From Macrostomum lignano (lineage: Eukaryota): 64,000 bases of DNA. Below, piece after piece: positions 24,901 to 38,137 of this stretch (position 1 is its first letter; every line of letters starts with the position of its first letter). The stretch lies in assembly GCA_002269645.1 (NCBI GenBank), contig NIVC01000911.1:124001-188000 (forward strand), given 5' to 3'. The position numbers were made by a program, and so were the translations under genes. The notes beneath the pieces are model-generated. The model searched no databases, was not told the DNA's origin, and saw nothing but the letters and a program-made list of their open reading frames with translations.

Positions 24901-26383
24901 TTCCACTGCAGGCAGCCAACCTGCTGTGCCAGACAAGCCGTGCGGTGTACGGCCCGCCCAGGACACCTGTCATGCTATCGACTGCTGCAGCAGCTTCTGT
25001 CGTGAGGACAGTTTCAAGAAACTACTTGGATTTCCTTTTACAAATGTTCATCTCGTGCGGGCTACTAGACCAAACTGCACCGATGAACTTAGAGTGAGCT
25101 TCAGCTTCCATGAGAAACAAATCATGAGACGGCTGAACACAGTTCAGGGCCAACTGTTCGTAATCATCAAGTACATATTCAAGCGATATTTGCCTCTCAA
25201 AATGAGTACACCTGGACTCAAGACTTATCATGCAAGAACTCTGATTTTCTTTATGCTAAAGAAACATGGAAGGCTTGGGCCGGCTTGGGAGCCTCACAAT
25301 TTACTTCCACGGCTGTTGGAGGCTCTCGACATGATGCTGGACTTTATCAACTCAAGCAGCTCAGTGGATAAATGCATGCCGCACTTTTTCATGCCTGACG
25401 CTCCCCTTTACTTCAAGAACGCTGGAGTCGGCGGTGACTTCAACAACACGAAGTCGAGGGTTCGAGAGCGTCTGAGCGAACTCAGAGACAACATCGGCGT
25501 AGTGTTTGTGGAGCTTAAAAAACTCGTGAAGCCTCTTGATCAGTCGAAGAGTTTTTACTTTCATCCTTTCACTCTGCTGCCTCTGTCAGTGCCGCCTGTC
25601 GACACAACTCCAACCGGGGACGAAACAGAATGGCAAGTGCAGTATTATAAGCTGGCAAATACATACAACCTAATTTATCACTGTTTGAAAGAATTGCAGT
25701 CGGAATCGAGTGACCAGAATAATCTGATGGGGCACCTAAGTCGCTTGAAAGAGCAGCCTTGGTGTCGATGCGCTGCTCTGTGCCTAAAAACAATGGCCTG
25801 TTTGAAGTCTCAAAATGTCCAAGAAGCTGTGAGACTCACTCTAGAGTTACAGAAGCATCGAGTAAAAGAAGGATTCAAGCCTGAGGAAATTAAGTCAGTC
25901 TATTACCGCCAATGCAATTATCGCGGAGTTGAACTGCCAGAAGACTCAGACTGGGCTTGGAGGTTCTGCCTCCCCTGCGACTCTCCGCCTAGCTTTCCAT
26001 TCCTTCCCGAGTTCACGCAGACTCTGTTTACAACCAGACTATCACAGCCTCGGTCCTCCCATCTGTACGTGAACTTCCGCTGTCTGAGCTGGAGTCTGCA
26101 AGCTGAGCTGCTCCGCGATCGCTCTGCACCTGCAATCGAATTTGACAGTTGGAAGACAGAGTTGGATGAAAACCCCGACTTGGAGGAGCTGCTTACTCTG
26201 GCTCAGTACAGCAACTGCCGCGAGCACGTAGCGTTCTGTCTGCGAACAATGAAGGTGATCAAGCAGGAGAAACGCGTTGCCATTGAGGACCAGGATAATA
26301 AGAAGATCGGTCAAGTCAGGGAGAAGTTTAAAAACTTTGATCCAGGCTATTATTTTTCTGCCACGTTTTTTACTCGTAGTTGA
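21967..26383 (+). CDS. Ankyrin-repeat + Mab-21/cGAS-like nucleotidyltransferase fusion (cGLR-like), ~1228 aa. Exons 21967-23798, 24181-24563, 24912-26383
   Basis: Exon 1 has ~11 33-aa DxCC..AA..G..V..L repeats plus ~3 canonical ANK repeats (GATALMLAA, GRTALSRAC). Exon 2 has GSYAEG..DSDID. Exon 3 has QDTCHAI, LRVSFSFHEK, LKTYHART and CMPHFFMP. Junction phases 2/2 and 1/1 match; total 3687 nt with no stops. Confidence 0.88.
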
Positions 26384-27730
26384 CTTTTGCGTTCACTTTT
26401 CCAGTCGGCTGTAACCAAAAACATTTGAACAATTTAGTAAAGGACAATCCCTAGCATCAAGACTAACCAATGGCGCCTACATCTCTTCTATTTTAATTTG
26501 TTTGAATTCACTTGTAGCATCCTATACCACATGCCCATATTGTCAGTTAATTTTTTCTGTTGCGAAAACGAAATTTTGTTTTTTTAATTTAACATTGTCT
26601 TGTACTTATAAGTATTTGTTAAAAAAGCGAAACCTTAATGTCGTTTTTGCTGTAATTTTACAACCCTATACAACATTCTGACGTCCATCGATGTACGACA
26701 GTACTTGATATGTCGGCTGTTGTATGAGTATTTATACGTTGCGCCATATCGTACGACGTTATACGTCGGCCAAACGTCGGTATGTTGTAAAAATTTTTTA
26801 TGCCAGAGACATCGATAGACGTCGAAGTCGCACCTGGGGATCCCATCATCGCACCTAACAAATTCTGGTAAGAAGAGCCCTGCCAAATGAGGCTTTTACA
26901 TGTCTCCATTTTCAATGAATAACTGACTAAACGGATCTGAGCGGCAACCCGATCGTTGCTCTTGAAAAACCCCCACTCAGCAAGTACATGCGTACATATG
27001 CATGTACATGCATGTAGGTGACTTCCTACTTGGCTTTACTTATTAGCGGTGCTCAAGGTTAAGTCATTGTAGCACTTGTAATTTACCTGGTTTCGCGTCA
27101 GTTCAATTACGGACTCGGATCAGAGTCTTACATCTACTTGATCTCCTCACCCAGATTTCTACGAGTGTAGTTTTCGGCCTCTCTTTAAATTTACACCGCT
27201 TTAAAAGCTAGACACTCATATGCATTATTTCCTGTGAATTTAAAGTACGCTCGTAGCTATCACGTACCCCGCGTAGCCATGACCTTAACGTGTAACTTTG
27301 AGTGTGACTAATTAAACTATATAATAATTCTCCTTCATAACAGTAGCACACAGTTGTTTGTTTTTTTAACATTTTTGTTTCTAATGTGTAAGAATATTGA
27401 ACTATATATGTAACTTGCTTATATTGCTGTGCTCCAATTTGGTAGCTTAACTTAAGGAGATCGAATTCATAAGTTCACAAGTGGCTAAATACATTTTATA
27501 ACTTGAATTTTTATGCTAATTTGTATAGGATTCATTCTCGGTTATTTAATAAAAATTATATCAATCAATAATTTATATGCTACAATAATTTATATGATTT
27601 TGAAACCCGCGGAATTCCGATCCCCGGGGACACTATTTTTGCATGAATCCTTAATCCAAAAGTCCAAACTAAGATTTGAAGCAAACATTGGATCTGGTCA
27701 GCTGGGGTGCTGCGTAGCGCATATTGACAA

Positions 27731-27962
27731 GGGGGGGGGCGTTTCATAAGACTTAAATTTCACAACGCCTAAAGCACATGACTTCACATCGCCTAAATTT
27801 CATACGCTCGTAACGCCTCAATTTCACAAACGCCTAAAAAATCTTCTGCCTCCTTCACATCGCCTAAACTTCATATCGCCTAAATTTCACAAAACCTATA
27901 CTGAATGTGAATGTGCAGGGATTTTTAGGCGTTGTGAAATTTAGGTCTTTTGAAAGCGTCCC
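27731..27962. mobile_element. Small MITE-like element with ~40-bp imperfect TIRs and internal (A/T)CGCCTAAA repeats
   Basis: Left GGGCGTTTCATAAGACTTAAATTTCACAACGCCTAAA versus reverse complement of the right end GGGACGCTTTCAAAAGACCTAAATTTCACAACGCCTAAA. No clean TSD. Confidence 0.6.
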
Positions 27963-28455
27963 TTAACAGGCAACAAATTGACAGGCGTTGGCAAATTCTG
28001 GCATCTGGCATCTGCCTTTCCGTCCCTTGTGTCCCTTAAAACTTTATTCCTCTCCCTCTCACCTCTTCTGCTTCCTCTCACTTTCTTTTCTTATCCTATA
28101 TATCATCTCAATCGTCTTCTCTCCTCTCTTCTCTCTCCTCTAATTATCTATCGTCTCTCTATACTCTATCCTAGCTCTCTACTATCATTTCTCATCTCCT
28201 ATTCTCTCTCCTCTCTACTAAAATCTTCTCTCGCATCTCACTCCTTGTCATATTTTCTATTTTTTTCCTCTCTCTTCTCTCCTCTCTCATTTCTTCTCTC
28301 TCGTCTCTGCTCTTTAATCTCTACTTCCTGTTGTGCAGTTGGTTTGCAGATACTCGTACGTACATCTGTTCGCCGATACTTATCTGTCGCAGCTAGCTAA
28401 TTGATCTAAGTTCGCGTGTACCACAAAAATTCAGTCTGAGTATCTCAACCCAACA

Positions 28456-29346
28456 TTGGCATCGCAAGCGAGGCCAGCCCCCCCCCCCCACACAATTTGG
28501 GTCAGTCAACGACAGCTCCTAGGCACACCGGAGGTTCCACGGATAAACATCTCGCCACCAGAGCAATTCCTGCCTCAACCGGGACCGCCAACGAGGCCGT
28601 GGAATGAGTGGAAGAGCCTGTTTGACAACTACTTAATGGCGGCGGGCTTCGACACTCAACCAGACGCGAGAAGGCGAGCCCTGCTTCTGCACTGCCTGGG
28701 TGCTGAAGGACAGTGGATCTTCGTACCGATGCAGCCAAAGCGATCTCAGAATTCGGATGAACAGACACCGCTGGGATTTGACGAGACCGTGAAGCTGCTG
28801 AAGGAGCAGTTTGGCGGCAAGATCAATGTGGTGCTGGAGCGCCACAGGTTTCGGCAGCGATGGCAGCGACCCGGTGAGAAAATCGCTGACTTTGTGGCAG
28901 TGCTGTACACGCTGGCCGGCTCGTGCGAGTTGGGCGGCATGACGGACGAGATGATTCGCGACCAGATCGTGGAGAAGATCAGCGACAGGCGGATCAGAAA
29001 GCTTGGTGTATGTCCTCTGACAAAAATATCCTGCTCATCGAGGACGGCCTGACGCTCAAGACGGAGGTGACGCTGAGTCAGCAGTGGGAGACCAGCATCG
29101 CGGAAGCCAGCGCGATCGAGACTGGCGGCGCAGTTGCCATGGCAAGCGAGGCGAGGCGGCGGTGAACAAGGTGCAACATCAGTTCGGAAAGTCCAGAGCT
29201 CAAGAACGGGCGGCTGCCGGGCGAGAGTCCTGTCTGAATTGCGGAGGCGGCCACAACAGGCGAGCGCGATGTCCTGCTGAAGGCAAGTCCTGTTATGCTT
29301 GTGGCAAGCAGAACCATTTTGGCAGGATGTGCAGGTTGCAGGGCAC
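28456..29346 (+). pseudogene. Gypsy gag, frameshifted, with two CCHC knuckles
   Basis: WNEWKSLFDNYL..ALLLHCLG..ERHRFRQR..DEMIRDQIV; CLNCGGGHNRRARC and CYACGKQNHFGRMC. Confidence 0.85.
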
Positions 29347-29698
29347 TGTCGCGAAATTTCAGCTTGCGGCGCTAATAGAATTCACTTTCTCCCTTTTCAT
29401 TTTCTTCCATTCCCTGTGTGCCTAGTCCATCTTCTGTCTACCGCGCTCTACGTACTGTACATTCTTATCTTGTTTTCCGATTATCGATCGGTGAGTTTTC
29501 AGTCAGCCCCCCCCCCTCGGTCTCGTTAGAGCATTTTTAGCCCTCGCCCTTCTTACCCATGTCTTCTTATCTTCTCTCCCCCCCTCTCCCAACCACGCAA
29601 ATAAATATACTGCTAGAGGAGCCTTTTCATCTTAAGTTTGGTTTTTCAAGTTGTTAGTTATTGTCAACGTATTACTGGCCAGTGTTATTTCTTCAGTT

Positions 29699-31909
29699 TG
29701 ATGTAACCGCCCTTGTCGCCTGTCCGCTCCTATTGAGAGACGAACGCTTGGCTAGAGGGGGCAATGACCGTAGGCTGCCTATGACCGGGCAATGACCTGA
29801 CGGACCTCCAGCACCAGACTGTCCCGCCCACATGATTAGTAGCTTTGGTAGCGCTTCGTGACCAGAGGGCCAAGGACCCACATGGACCCCACCTGTAGCC
29901 AAGGTGCAATAGTTGGTCACTCGGTCATGGTATGACCGAGTGGCTGCCACCACTCTATGTGACCTGGCGCACCTGGATCTTTCTACCAGACCTCTCGAGG
30001 CTAGAGCCCCGCCTGGGATGGTTACCAGGAGATTTAGGCTAACAGGGGAGACACATGCAGCCGAGTACAGGGACTCTGCTTGGGGCATGATCGGGAACTC
30101 TGGGCTCAATCCTGGAGGATTCTCAGCAGGGGATCCTTTGTGGCTGTGAGCGAGGCTGACTTGCGACTTTGATTACTAAGAGTAGTATGAGGCGAACATG
30201 TACTGTCTATAGTTTAGATTGCTCAGGGCGAAGGGACGCGTTAGCATGGGGTTGCAACCTTCCTACTGCCATTCTGTGCCAAAACTCGCTAATCACCCTC
30301 CACTGCACGCACTCACGAACCCGCCGCACGCACTCACACAGGCGGGCTTTGCACGGGGAGAGGCCATTAGCTTACCCAAACTTCCTTATGCTTTGCCACC
30401 CCGGGAGAAAGGCTTAGCAAGCCATGAGTTAAATGATGGTGAAAGATTGAATAATGATGAAGTTAGTTAGTAGTTAGTAATTAGGCCTCTAGGCGAATAA
30501 TTAGGCAATTAGGCGGCTTCACTATTTAGTAAAATACAGCAAAAAGTTACGGTATCACAATTGGCTCAGCTCTCTAATCAGACAATGGAAAATAGGCAAA
30601 CCCCGGATAAGCAAAGGCAATTAGAGCACAAATTAGTAGCAGGAACTTACCGGCAGCTGCACAGAGAGAGAGAGAGGCGGAGTGACCGAGGGCGGCTGTA
30701 GGCTGCGGTCAGGCAGACGGTGAAGCGGCGATGCGCTGGAGCGACGAGGCGCTGATGTAGATCAGGCGATGCTGATGATGCTGGGCGGTATCAGACCGCT
30801 GGCCGATAGGCGAGCTCACTTGGGGAGCTAAGGATAACTTGGCGGTAACAGACCGCGGACCGGCAGGGATTCGTCTTATAGACGAATGGGTCAGAACTCA
30901 ATCTGACAACAAGTCCAAAGAAGGACGAGGAGAGGAAGAGTCTGAGGATTCTCATGCCGAAATCGCTTCCTTTTATAGACCTCACAGCCGCCTCCTCAAG
31001 GTCGTTACCATGGCTCCCTCTCTCTGATTGGCTGCCGGCAGAATGACGTCAGAATGAGTCATGATGAGAAGCATGAGACCGGCATAGCAACATGAGAAAT
31101 CGGGAAATTGCGCAATCCGGAGGTGGGGTGGGGGATAATTGGCGCAGCGGGTGGTCGCGAAAGTGTTGCGCAAGCTAACATTGAGAACAAAAGGGCTGGG
31201 GTCGAGAACAAAGGAATTGGAAAACGGGGATAATTGGGGAGAACTAAGAACAATGGAAAAGTAAACATTGGTGAAAAGGTAATAATTAGGTGCGAAAACG
31301 AGAACAAAAGAAAGAGAAAATCGGAGAAAATGTGATAATTGGTGGGGGTCGAGAGAACAAAAGAAGCAAAAACGAGAGCAATAGAAGCGGAGGTGGGGTG
31401 GGTGTCGCATGAGAAATTTGGGGAGGAGAACAATGGCGTGAGAAAAGGTTGCGCAAGAGAGGGGGATGAGTCATCGATGAGTCATCGAGGGGGAGAAGGG
31501 GTCACACGACTTGCGTCACCGTTTGGGAGTTTGAGAGGGGATGGGGAGACGGTGAGCACACAAAATACTGTAAGTAGACACAGGGAAAGAGAGGACAGCG
31601 CAGGAAAAGAGTGCAGAGGGAGACAAAAAGAGGGGAGATAGGGAAAGTACAGGAAGAATAGGGCGGAAAACAGAAGAGATAGGGTAGAGGGGGAGGTACA
31701 GAAAGGGGTAGGGGGCTCCGGAAAGGCAGGTGTGGCGGCAGGGGAGACGGGACCAAGGCAGCAGGAGGGGTGCAGCAGAGCGGGAGTCTCCAGGCCCAGT
31801 CGGAGACCTGGCCGAGTCTCGACAGCTCTGTGCAGAGGGTGCACGGGATAGGAGGCACTTTCGAAAAAGTTCCCATGCCCTATCCCGCGACCAGAGCGTG
31901 GTTACATCA
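29699..31909 (-). mobile_element. 2211-bp insertion, probable solo LTR, inside the BEL 5' LTR
   Basis: Termini TGATGTAACC..GGTTACATCA (10-bp inverted), 4-bp TSD AGTT (29695-29698, 31910-31913), no recognisable coding domain. Minus-strand TATA-like CTATAAAAG at ~30970. Orientation is tentative. Confidence 0.75.
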
Positions 31910-32061
31910 AGTTATTTTTCTACATGGCGCCCGACTGAATTGAACCCGAGTTATATTCTGCTACCATCGATATTCACCTCGTTCACTACACTGCTTCTGC
32001 TTGTGACCCTTCGTTCGGCTCGTTTATCGTCTCGCATCGTATCGATTTCGTTGACTCTACG

Positions 32062-32306
32062 TTCGTCTGCTCGTCTTCGTCCAATCTGCCTTCCGTTAAC
32101 TCTGCATTCGTCTGCTCGTCTTCGTCCAATCTGCCTTCCGTTAACTCTGCATTCATCTGCTCGTCTTCGTCCAATCTGCCTTCCGTTAACTCTGCATTCG
32201 TCTGCTCGTCTTCGTCCAATCTGCCTTCCGTTAACTCTGCATTCGTCTGCTCGTCTTCGTCCAATCTGCCTTCCGTTAACTCTGCATTCGTCTGCTCGTC
32301 TTCGTC
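32062..32306. repeat. 45-bp tandem repeat, 5 units plus a partial, in the BEL 5' leader
   Basis: TTCGTCTGCTCGTCTTCGTCCAATCTGCCTTCCGTTAACTCTGCA at 32062, 32107, 32152, 32197 and 32242. Confidence 0.9.
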
Positions 32307-32695
32307 GTCGTCTTTGCTTCTTATCGTGCTCGAGGCTTCAGACTCTGTGCTCACTCCGGATTCAGGACTCAGGACGGACGGACAGGACAGCTGCCTGGAG
32401 AAGTCGATTCGTCTGCCAGCTAAGTTTTCATTTGGACTGTTTCAGTTAGCTGTTCGAGTTTCCATTAATTTATAATCCTTTCAATTCATTGCGTGTTGTT
32501 TGTTTCACTGCTTTTGCTATCAGTCACGTAGTCGTAGATTTTCACTTTGCAATTTTATTCACATTTTCCTAATTCAGTAAAATTTTCGCTTGCTTTGGGT
32601 GTGCACTGAGGTTAGTTGTGGGTTCTATTGCGCTCCTCTCTGAACTCTCTCACTGCTAGCTGGTTGGTTGCTGCTCGTTGCTGCTCGAGGTCGTT

Positions 32696-35600
32696 ATGTC
32701 TGCGGAGGTCAAGAAGAGGGCTCTGATTAGAGCAGCTGTCACTCGGACTATCGCGAAGGCAGACAAGCTCTTGTCGCTTAGTTGGTGGAATGCCGAAGCC
32801 GTTGCTGATGCTGAGGCCTGCTTAGAGGTTCTCAAGGAGAAGCTGGAGGCGTTAAAAGGTGCTGATGAGGTGATTCAGGAAGATCTCTCTGAAGATAAGA
32901 TGGAATCTGAGTTGGCTGAGAGCTATGACTACTCGTTTCGCTGCCGCAAGTACATTAAATTGCTGGAAAATTCCCAAAGTTCAAACGTGGCGCATCAACA
33001 GCCTTCAGGCTCCGCTCAACCTCAGGTGAAGCTACCTAAGTGTCAGCTACCGACCTTTGATGGGACAGTTACGGGTTGGCAGACCTTTTAGGATCAGTTT
33101 TCGTCATCTGTGGACTCAAATTCATCGCTCGCTGATATAGACAAATTCAATTTCTTGCTCGCTTCTCTCTCTGACTCCGCCAAGGCTGGCATTCGGGGTC
33201 TGGCAGTGACGGGTGCGAATTACGCGGCTGCGATCACAATTCTGCGAGATCGGTTTGGCAAGCCAGATTTGATAGTCAGAGACCTCATGCATCAGCTGTC
33301 AGAGCTTAGGCTAAGTGACACCTCGCTTTCAAGCCTTCAATGTTTTGATGACGATGTGTCTGCTGCCGTGCGCAGCCTTGAAGCTCAGAATGTGCAAGCT
33401 GCCTCGTATGAGACATTGTTGATGCTGAACCTACTCAAGCGGTGCCCAGATGAATTTAGGTTGGACATGCTCAAGTCAGCCGCTTATTCAGGATCACAGT
33501 GCGATTCAGTTAAGGACTTTTTACATCTCTTAAGCCAGGAAATTGAGGTTTGTGAGAAGGCTGTTTTGATTGGCAAGAAGATTGGACACGATCGCGAGCG
33601 GTCTGGAGGCTCACCGAAGCCTTCACTTTCAACTCTGACAGTTCAATCTAGCTCGAATAGCACACCAAAGGAACATGGCAAAATCTTCTGCACTTACTGC
33701 AAGGCTGGACACAAGTCTGAAGATTGTCTTCAATTTGCAACAGCGGATAGACGTCGCGGGTTTTTGCACCAGGAAAAACGTTGCTTTCGGTGCTTGCGCA
33801 CAGGTCATGGTGCTCGCACGTGCAATGATCCGCGGCAGTGCAGATTCTGTGACGGCGCACATCACGTGAGCATTTGCAACAAGGCTCCAGCAAAAACTGT
33901 CATCACTAGGCCTGCCGATCTAGCTAAGTCTAATAAACCTGCCGGAAAGCAACTTGGAAGACAGGCAAGGTCAAATAATAAGTGCTTACCTACGACTGCA
34001 GTTTCCGCTGAGTCCTCGCCACTCGATCATTCGGCTCGAGCTCAGTCTGATAATTCTAACGCGCGGGCCGATGCTGGCAGCTCAGTCACCGTCTGTGCTA
34101 CTCATGAAGAGCCGGCACCGGTCGCTTCACCGAATCACGTCTCTGATCATTTTTCTTCGACCATGTTCCTTAGCAGCAATCCTTCAGTGGCCCTTCCTGT
34201 TGCCAAAGCTATACTGTTGAGTGCTGATGGTCAGCGAGAGCTCCTGATTAGGGTGTTACTCGATACAGCTAGCAACAGATCCTACATCAGAAAGAATGCA
34301 TGCGATCTCTTAGGCATCACGGCAACCAGGAGTGAGCCATTGACTGTGTCGACATTCACTGGTCTCAATACAACAATCGAATCCGGTACTGTCACTTTCT
34401 CAATCAGGAAAATAGATTCGCGTCAAGTTTTGAACATCCGTGCTAATATGGTCAATGATATCTGTCAGCCTCAGCGCTCCATCTTAGTGAACCAGTTTCC
34501 TCATCTGCGCAATTTAGACTTAGCAGATCCGCATGACCCACGCGATGAGAGCACGCCAATTTCTGTTCTGATCGGGGCCGATCAATATTATGAAATCGTC
34601 GGCGGAGAAGTAATTCGTGGATCATCTGGACCGTCAGCTGTGTCGTCAAAGTTGGATTTCGTTCTTTGCGGGCCAGTCAAGTTGACTGAGGACTCCGGCA
34701 GTCCCTCGAACAATTCAGCAGCTGATGGGCCAAGTGAAGCTTCTCAAGTTCTCTGCTGTACAGTTGCAGAATACCCACTGACTGTCACTTCTGACTGTGA
34801 CTTGTCCCGATTCTGGCGCTTAGAAGCTATTGGTATCTCAGAAGTTCAGTGTCAGTCCTCGATCGATGAATTCGTTTGCGACCCGCAGCTCATCAACGGA
34901 CGCTACGAAGTCAAGCTTCCTTGGAAACATCCAGATAGCTCACTCGTGCTACGCAATCATTTTGATCTCGCATACAAGCGTCTGGACACGACTATGCGCG
35001 CTCTCTTGCGCCAACCGGATACGTTCGAGAAAGCATTTGCGATCATCCATGAGCAGGAAGCTACAGGCGTCATTGAGAAAGTGCCGGATGCCGACCTACA
35101 GCAGGATACTAACTGTCATTATCTTCCTCATAGCTGTGTCGTGAAAGCTGACAGTGAGCACACAAAACTGCGTATTGTCTTTGAGGGTTCTGCACGAACT
35201 TTCAGGGAAGATTATTCAATCAACGATCATCTACAAGTCGGTCCGACGGATTTTCCTCGCATTCCCGAGATTCTCCTGCGCTTTCGTCGTAACCCTATTG
35301 CTATTCTTGGTGACATTGAGAAAGCATTTCTCCAAATCTCCGTTCACGCTAGTGATCGCGATATGCTGCGTTTTTTGTGGCCCGATTTGTCGGACGAGAG
35401 ACAAATATGTCATTATCAATTTTGCCGTCTACCATTCGGTTTGACTTGTTCGCCAGGTGTGCTCCGAGCTACCATCCTGCGCCATCTGGACACATTTGAG
35501 TCTGTTTTTCTGGAATGTGTCGGTATCGTTCGGAAAGACCTTTACGTTGATAATCTCGTGACAAGTTGTAGTTCGGACACAGAAGCTCTGGCTCTGTACC

Positions 35601-38137
35601 ATGGCGCTAAAAAATTGTTCGATCTGGCTGGTATGAATATGCGTCAGTGGATGTCGACTTCTGCCTCCTTCAACGCACATCTTCCGGAGCAAGATGTGGG
35701 TCACGCCAAAAAAGTCCTTGGGCTCGTCTGGTGTTCGAGTAATGACGTCATTCGTATGGATTTCCGTGAATTGGCTTGCGTTCACAGTGAGCATTGTTCA
35801 ACTAAGCGTTCAGTACTAAGTAAGCTGGCATCAGTGTACGATCCGCTTGGACTAGTTTCTCCAGCCGTAATCTCTGCCAAGATATTGCTTCAACAGTTGT
35901 GTGTCAGAAAAATCGACTGGGATGAGCCTCTCCCACCTGACATCTCCCAGGCTTGGCACTCCTGGCAGAAATCGTGGGATGGTTGCATCTTCGAGTTTCC
36001 TCGTTATTTCTTCCGCACGCTTGATGCCAAGCCAACAAACATTCAACTGCACGGCTTCTGTGATGCTAGCGAGTCAGCTTTTGCTGCTTGCATCTACGCG
36101 AGTGCTGCATCTGACGATGGCGCCGTCAACACCGTGCTCCTCATGGCTAAGTCTCGCGTTGCGCCGCTGCTGAATCTGTCCATTGCTCGCTTGGAATTGC
36201 TAGGAGCCTTAATACTATCGCGCCTTATGCACCTGGTCTCACAACAATTCCCAGGCGCGGATCGTTTCCTTTGGACTGACAGTTTAACGACACTCTGCTG
36301 GATCACTAACATAGAAAAGCTTCGCAAGGTGTTTGTTCAGAATCGGGTCCGAGAAATTCGTAGCTTAACCTCTATTTCTGAATGGCGACATGTGCCAGGA
36401 GAGAACAATCCTGCCGACATTCCGTCTAGAGGCTGTCGACCAGAGAGTCTGCAATCCAACACCCTCTGGATGCACGGCCCAGATTTTTGGCGATCAGGAG
36501 ACTTTCCGTCATCTCTGACTCCGTTTCCTCAACCGGTGGCCGAAGAGTCCACGTCTCAGTCTGGTACAGTGCTCCTTGCCTCTGTGGCAGCAGCCACGTT
36601 CCCTGATCGTGAGTCTGTTTTGGATTCCCCAACATCGGACGTTTCTTCGATTATTGATGTCGAGCGCTTCTCTAGTTTTAAAAAGTTACTTCGCGTCACA
36701 GCTTGGGTCAGGCGTTTCGTTCTGAATTTAAAGGCCTCGTTGGCGCAGTCACCGCTACAAAAATTCAATTTTGTGACCGCAGCAGAGCTGCACACGTGTG
36801 AAACACTCTGGCTCCGTTCTGCTCAACGTTCTGGATTCTCGAAAGAAATCGATCACCTCTCGAAACACGCGACAGCTACTCCGCTGTGCAGGGATCTAAA
36901 TCTGGTCCACGACGACGAAGGTTTGCTTCGTTCGAAAGGGCGAATCGGTGAAGCCTTTCCCTATGAGACCAATTATCCGATTCTAATTCCTCGTCATTCT
37001 CACCTGGAACAGCTCCTCATCAGGAGAGCTCATCAGTCAGTCGCACACGGGGGAGTGGCTCCCACGCTCTGCAAGATTCGAGAGAAGTTTTGGGTACTCA
37101 AAGGTAGACAGCGAGTGAAGCAGGAGTTGTATCGGTGTGTTGTATGTCAGAAGATTCAAGGGCGTACGTACACCGTGCCGGTCGTTCCCCAGTTACCGAA
37201 CTTTCGCTTGGCGGATCTTCGCCCCTTTCAGACTGTTGGTCTCGACTATTTTGGTCCGATTTTGTATCGGACGGGGGAGAGTGACGTCTCGACTAGTGAG
37301 CCTGCAGAAGGGTACTGTTGCTCTTCACATGCTCGACCACTCGAGCAGTACCATTTGGAGCTGCTATCAGATATGTCAACTCGACAGTTTCTTCACGGCT
37401 TGCGACGCTTTGTGGCGCGTCTTGGACTTCCTTCGTTGATCAGCGACAACGCAAAAACCTTCCGTTCAGCAGCTCGAATCCTCGGTGCCAGCACTAGCGA
37501 TCAGGTGCAGGCGTTTTGTGCTGAAAGGAGAATTACCTGGCAGTTCATACCGGAAAAGGCCCCATGGTGGGGCGGATTCTGAGAGCGGTTAGTTGGAGTC
37601 ATTAAGGGTCCTTTGAAGAAAAGCATCGGTCGTGCTCAGTTAAACTTTGATCAGTTGTCGTCTACAATCATCGAAATCGAAGCTATCATCAACAGAAGGC
37701 CATTGTTGTACGTCTCTGCCGATGACCGGAGTGAAGTTATTACTCCTTCACACTTTCTACTTGGAGTGCGACTCACTTGGGAACCTGATCAAGGTGCGAC
37801 TCAATCGTCAACGCTGCTGTCACTACCTAGACGACTCGATCTTCTGCGCAACGCTCTGAATCGTTTCTGGAAGGCTTCCGCTCTCCGCGAGAAGCCATTG
37901 CATGGGCAAGGATGTGGTCCCTTTCCGAAACCTGGTGACGTTGTGGTGGTGTGCGGTGAATCACACCAGCCGAGGCTGATGCGGAAGCTCGGTGTAGTTG
38001 AGTCGGTCTCTGTTTGTCGTGATGGTGACAGTCGCTCTGCTCTGGTTCGTGTAGTTACCGGTGTGGGAGCTAGGAGGAGGTGCGAGCGCATTAGGCGCCC
38101 GGTGCGAGCCTTGGTGCCACTCGAAGTCTCTGAGTGA
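32696..38137 (+). pseudogene. BEL/Pao gag-pol polyprotein with two nonsense codons and a compensated frameshift
   Basis: KLPKCQLPTFDG..WQTF*DQF (TAG at 33089), CCHC knuckles, protease LLDTAS, RT GDIEKAFLQI and LYVDN, RNase H HGFCDASE, IN HHCC, GLDYFGP, ISDNAKTF, PWWGGF*ERL (TGA at 37580). A short out-of-frame patch lies near 37310-37355. Confidence 0.93.

Noticed and set aside
26660-26830. Imperfect inverted repeats (GACGTCCATCGATGT / ACATCGATAGACGTC) downstream of the cGLR-like gene
   Set aside because: Probably a MITE remnant, but termini and TSD could not be defined.
27978-28400. Leu/Ser-rich ORF 27978..28400 and ER-repeat ORF 43251..43538
   Set aside because: These are translations of CT-rich low-complexity and microsatellite DNA.
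33089-37582. BEL stops TGG>TAG and TGG>TGA as programmed readthrough or APOBEC-like editing
   Set aside because: Both replace conserved Trp codons, there are only two events, and the element also has frameshift damage. Ordinary decay is enough.
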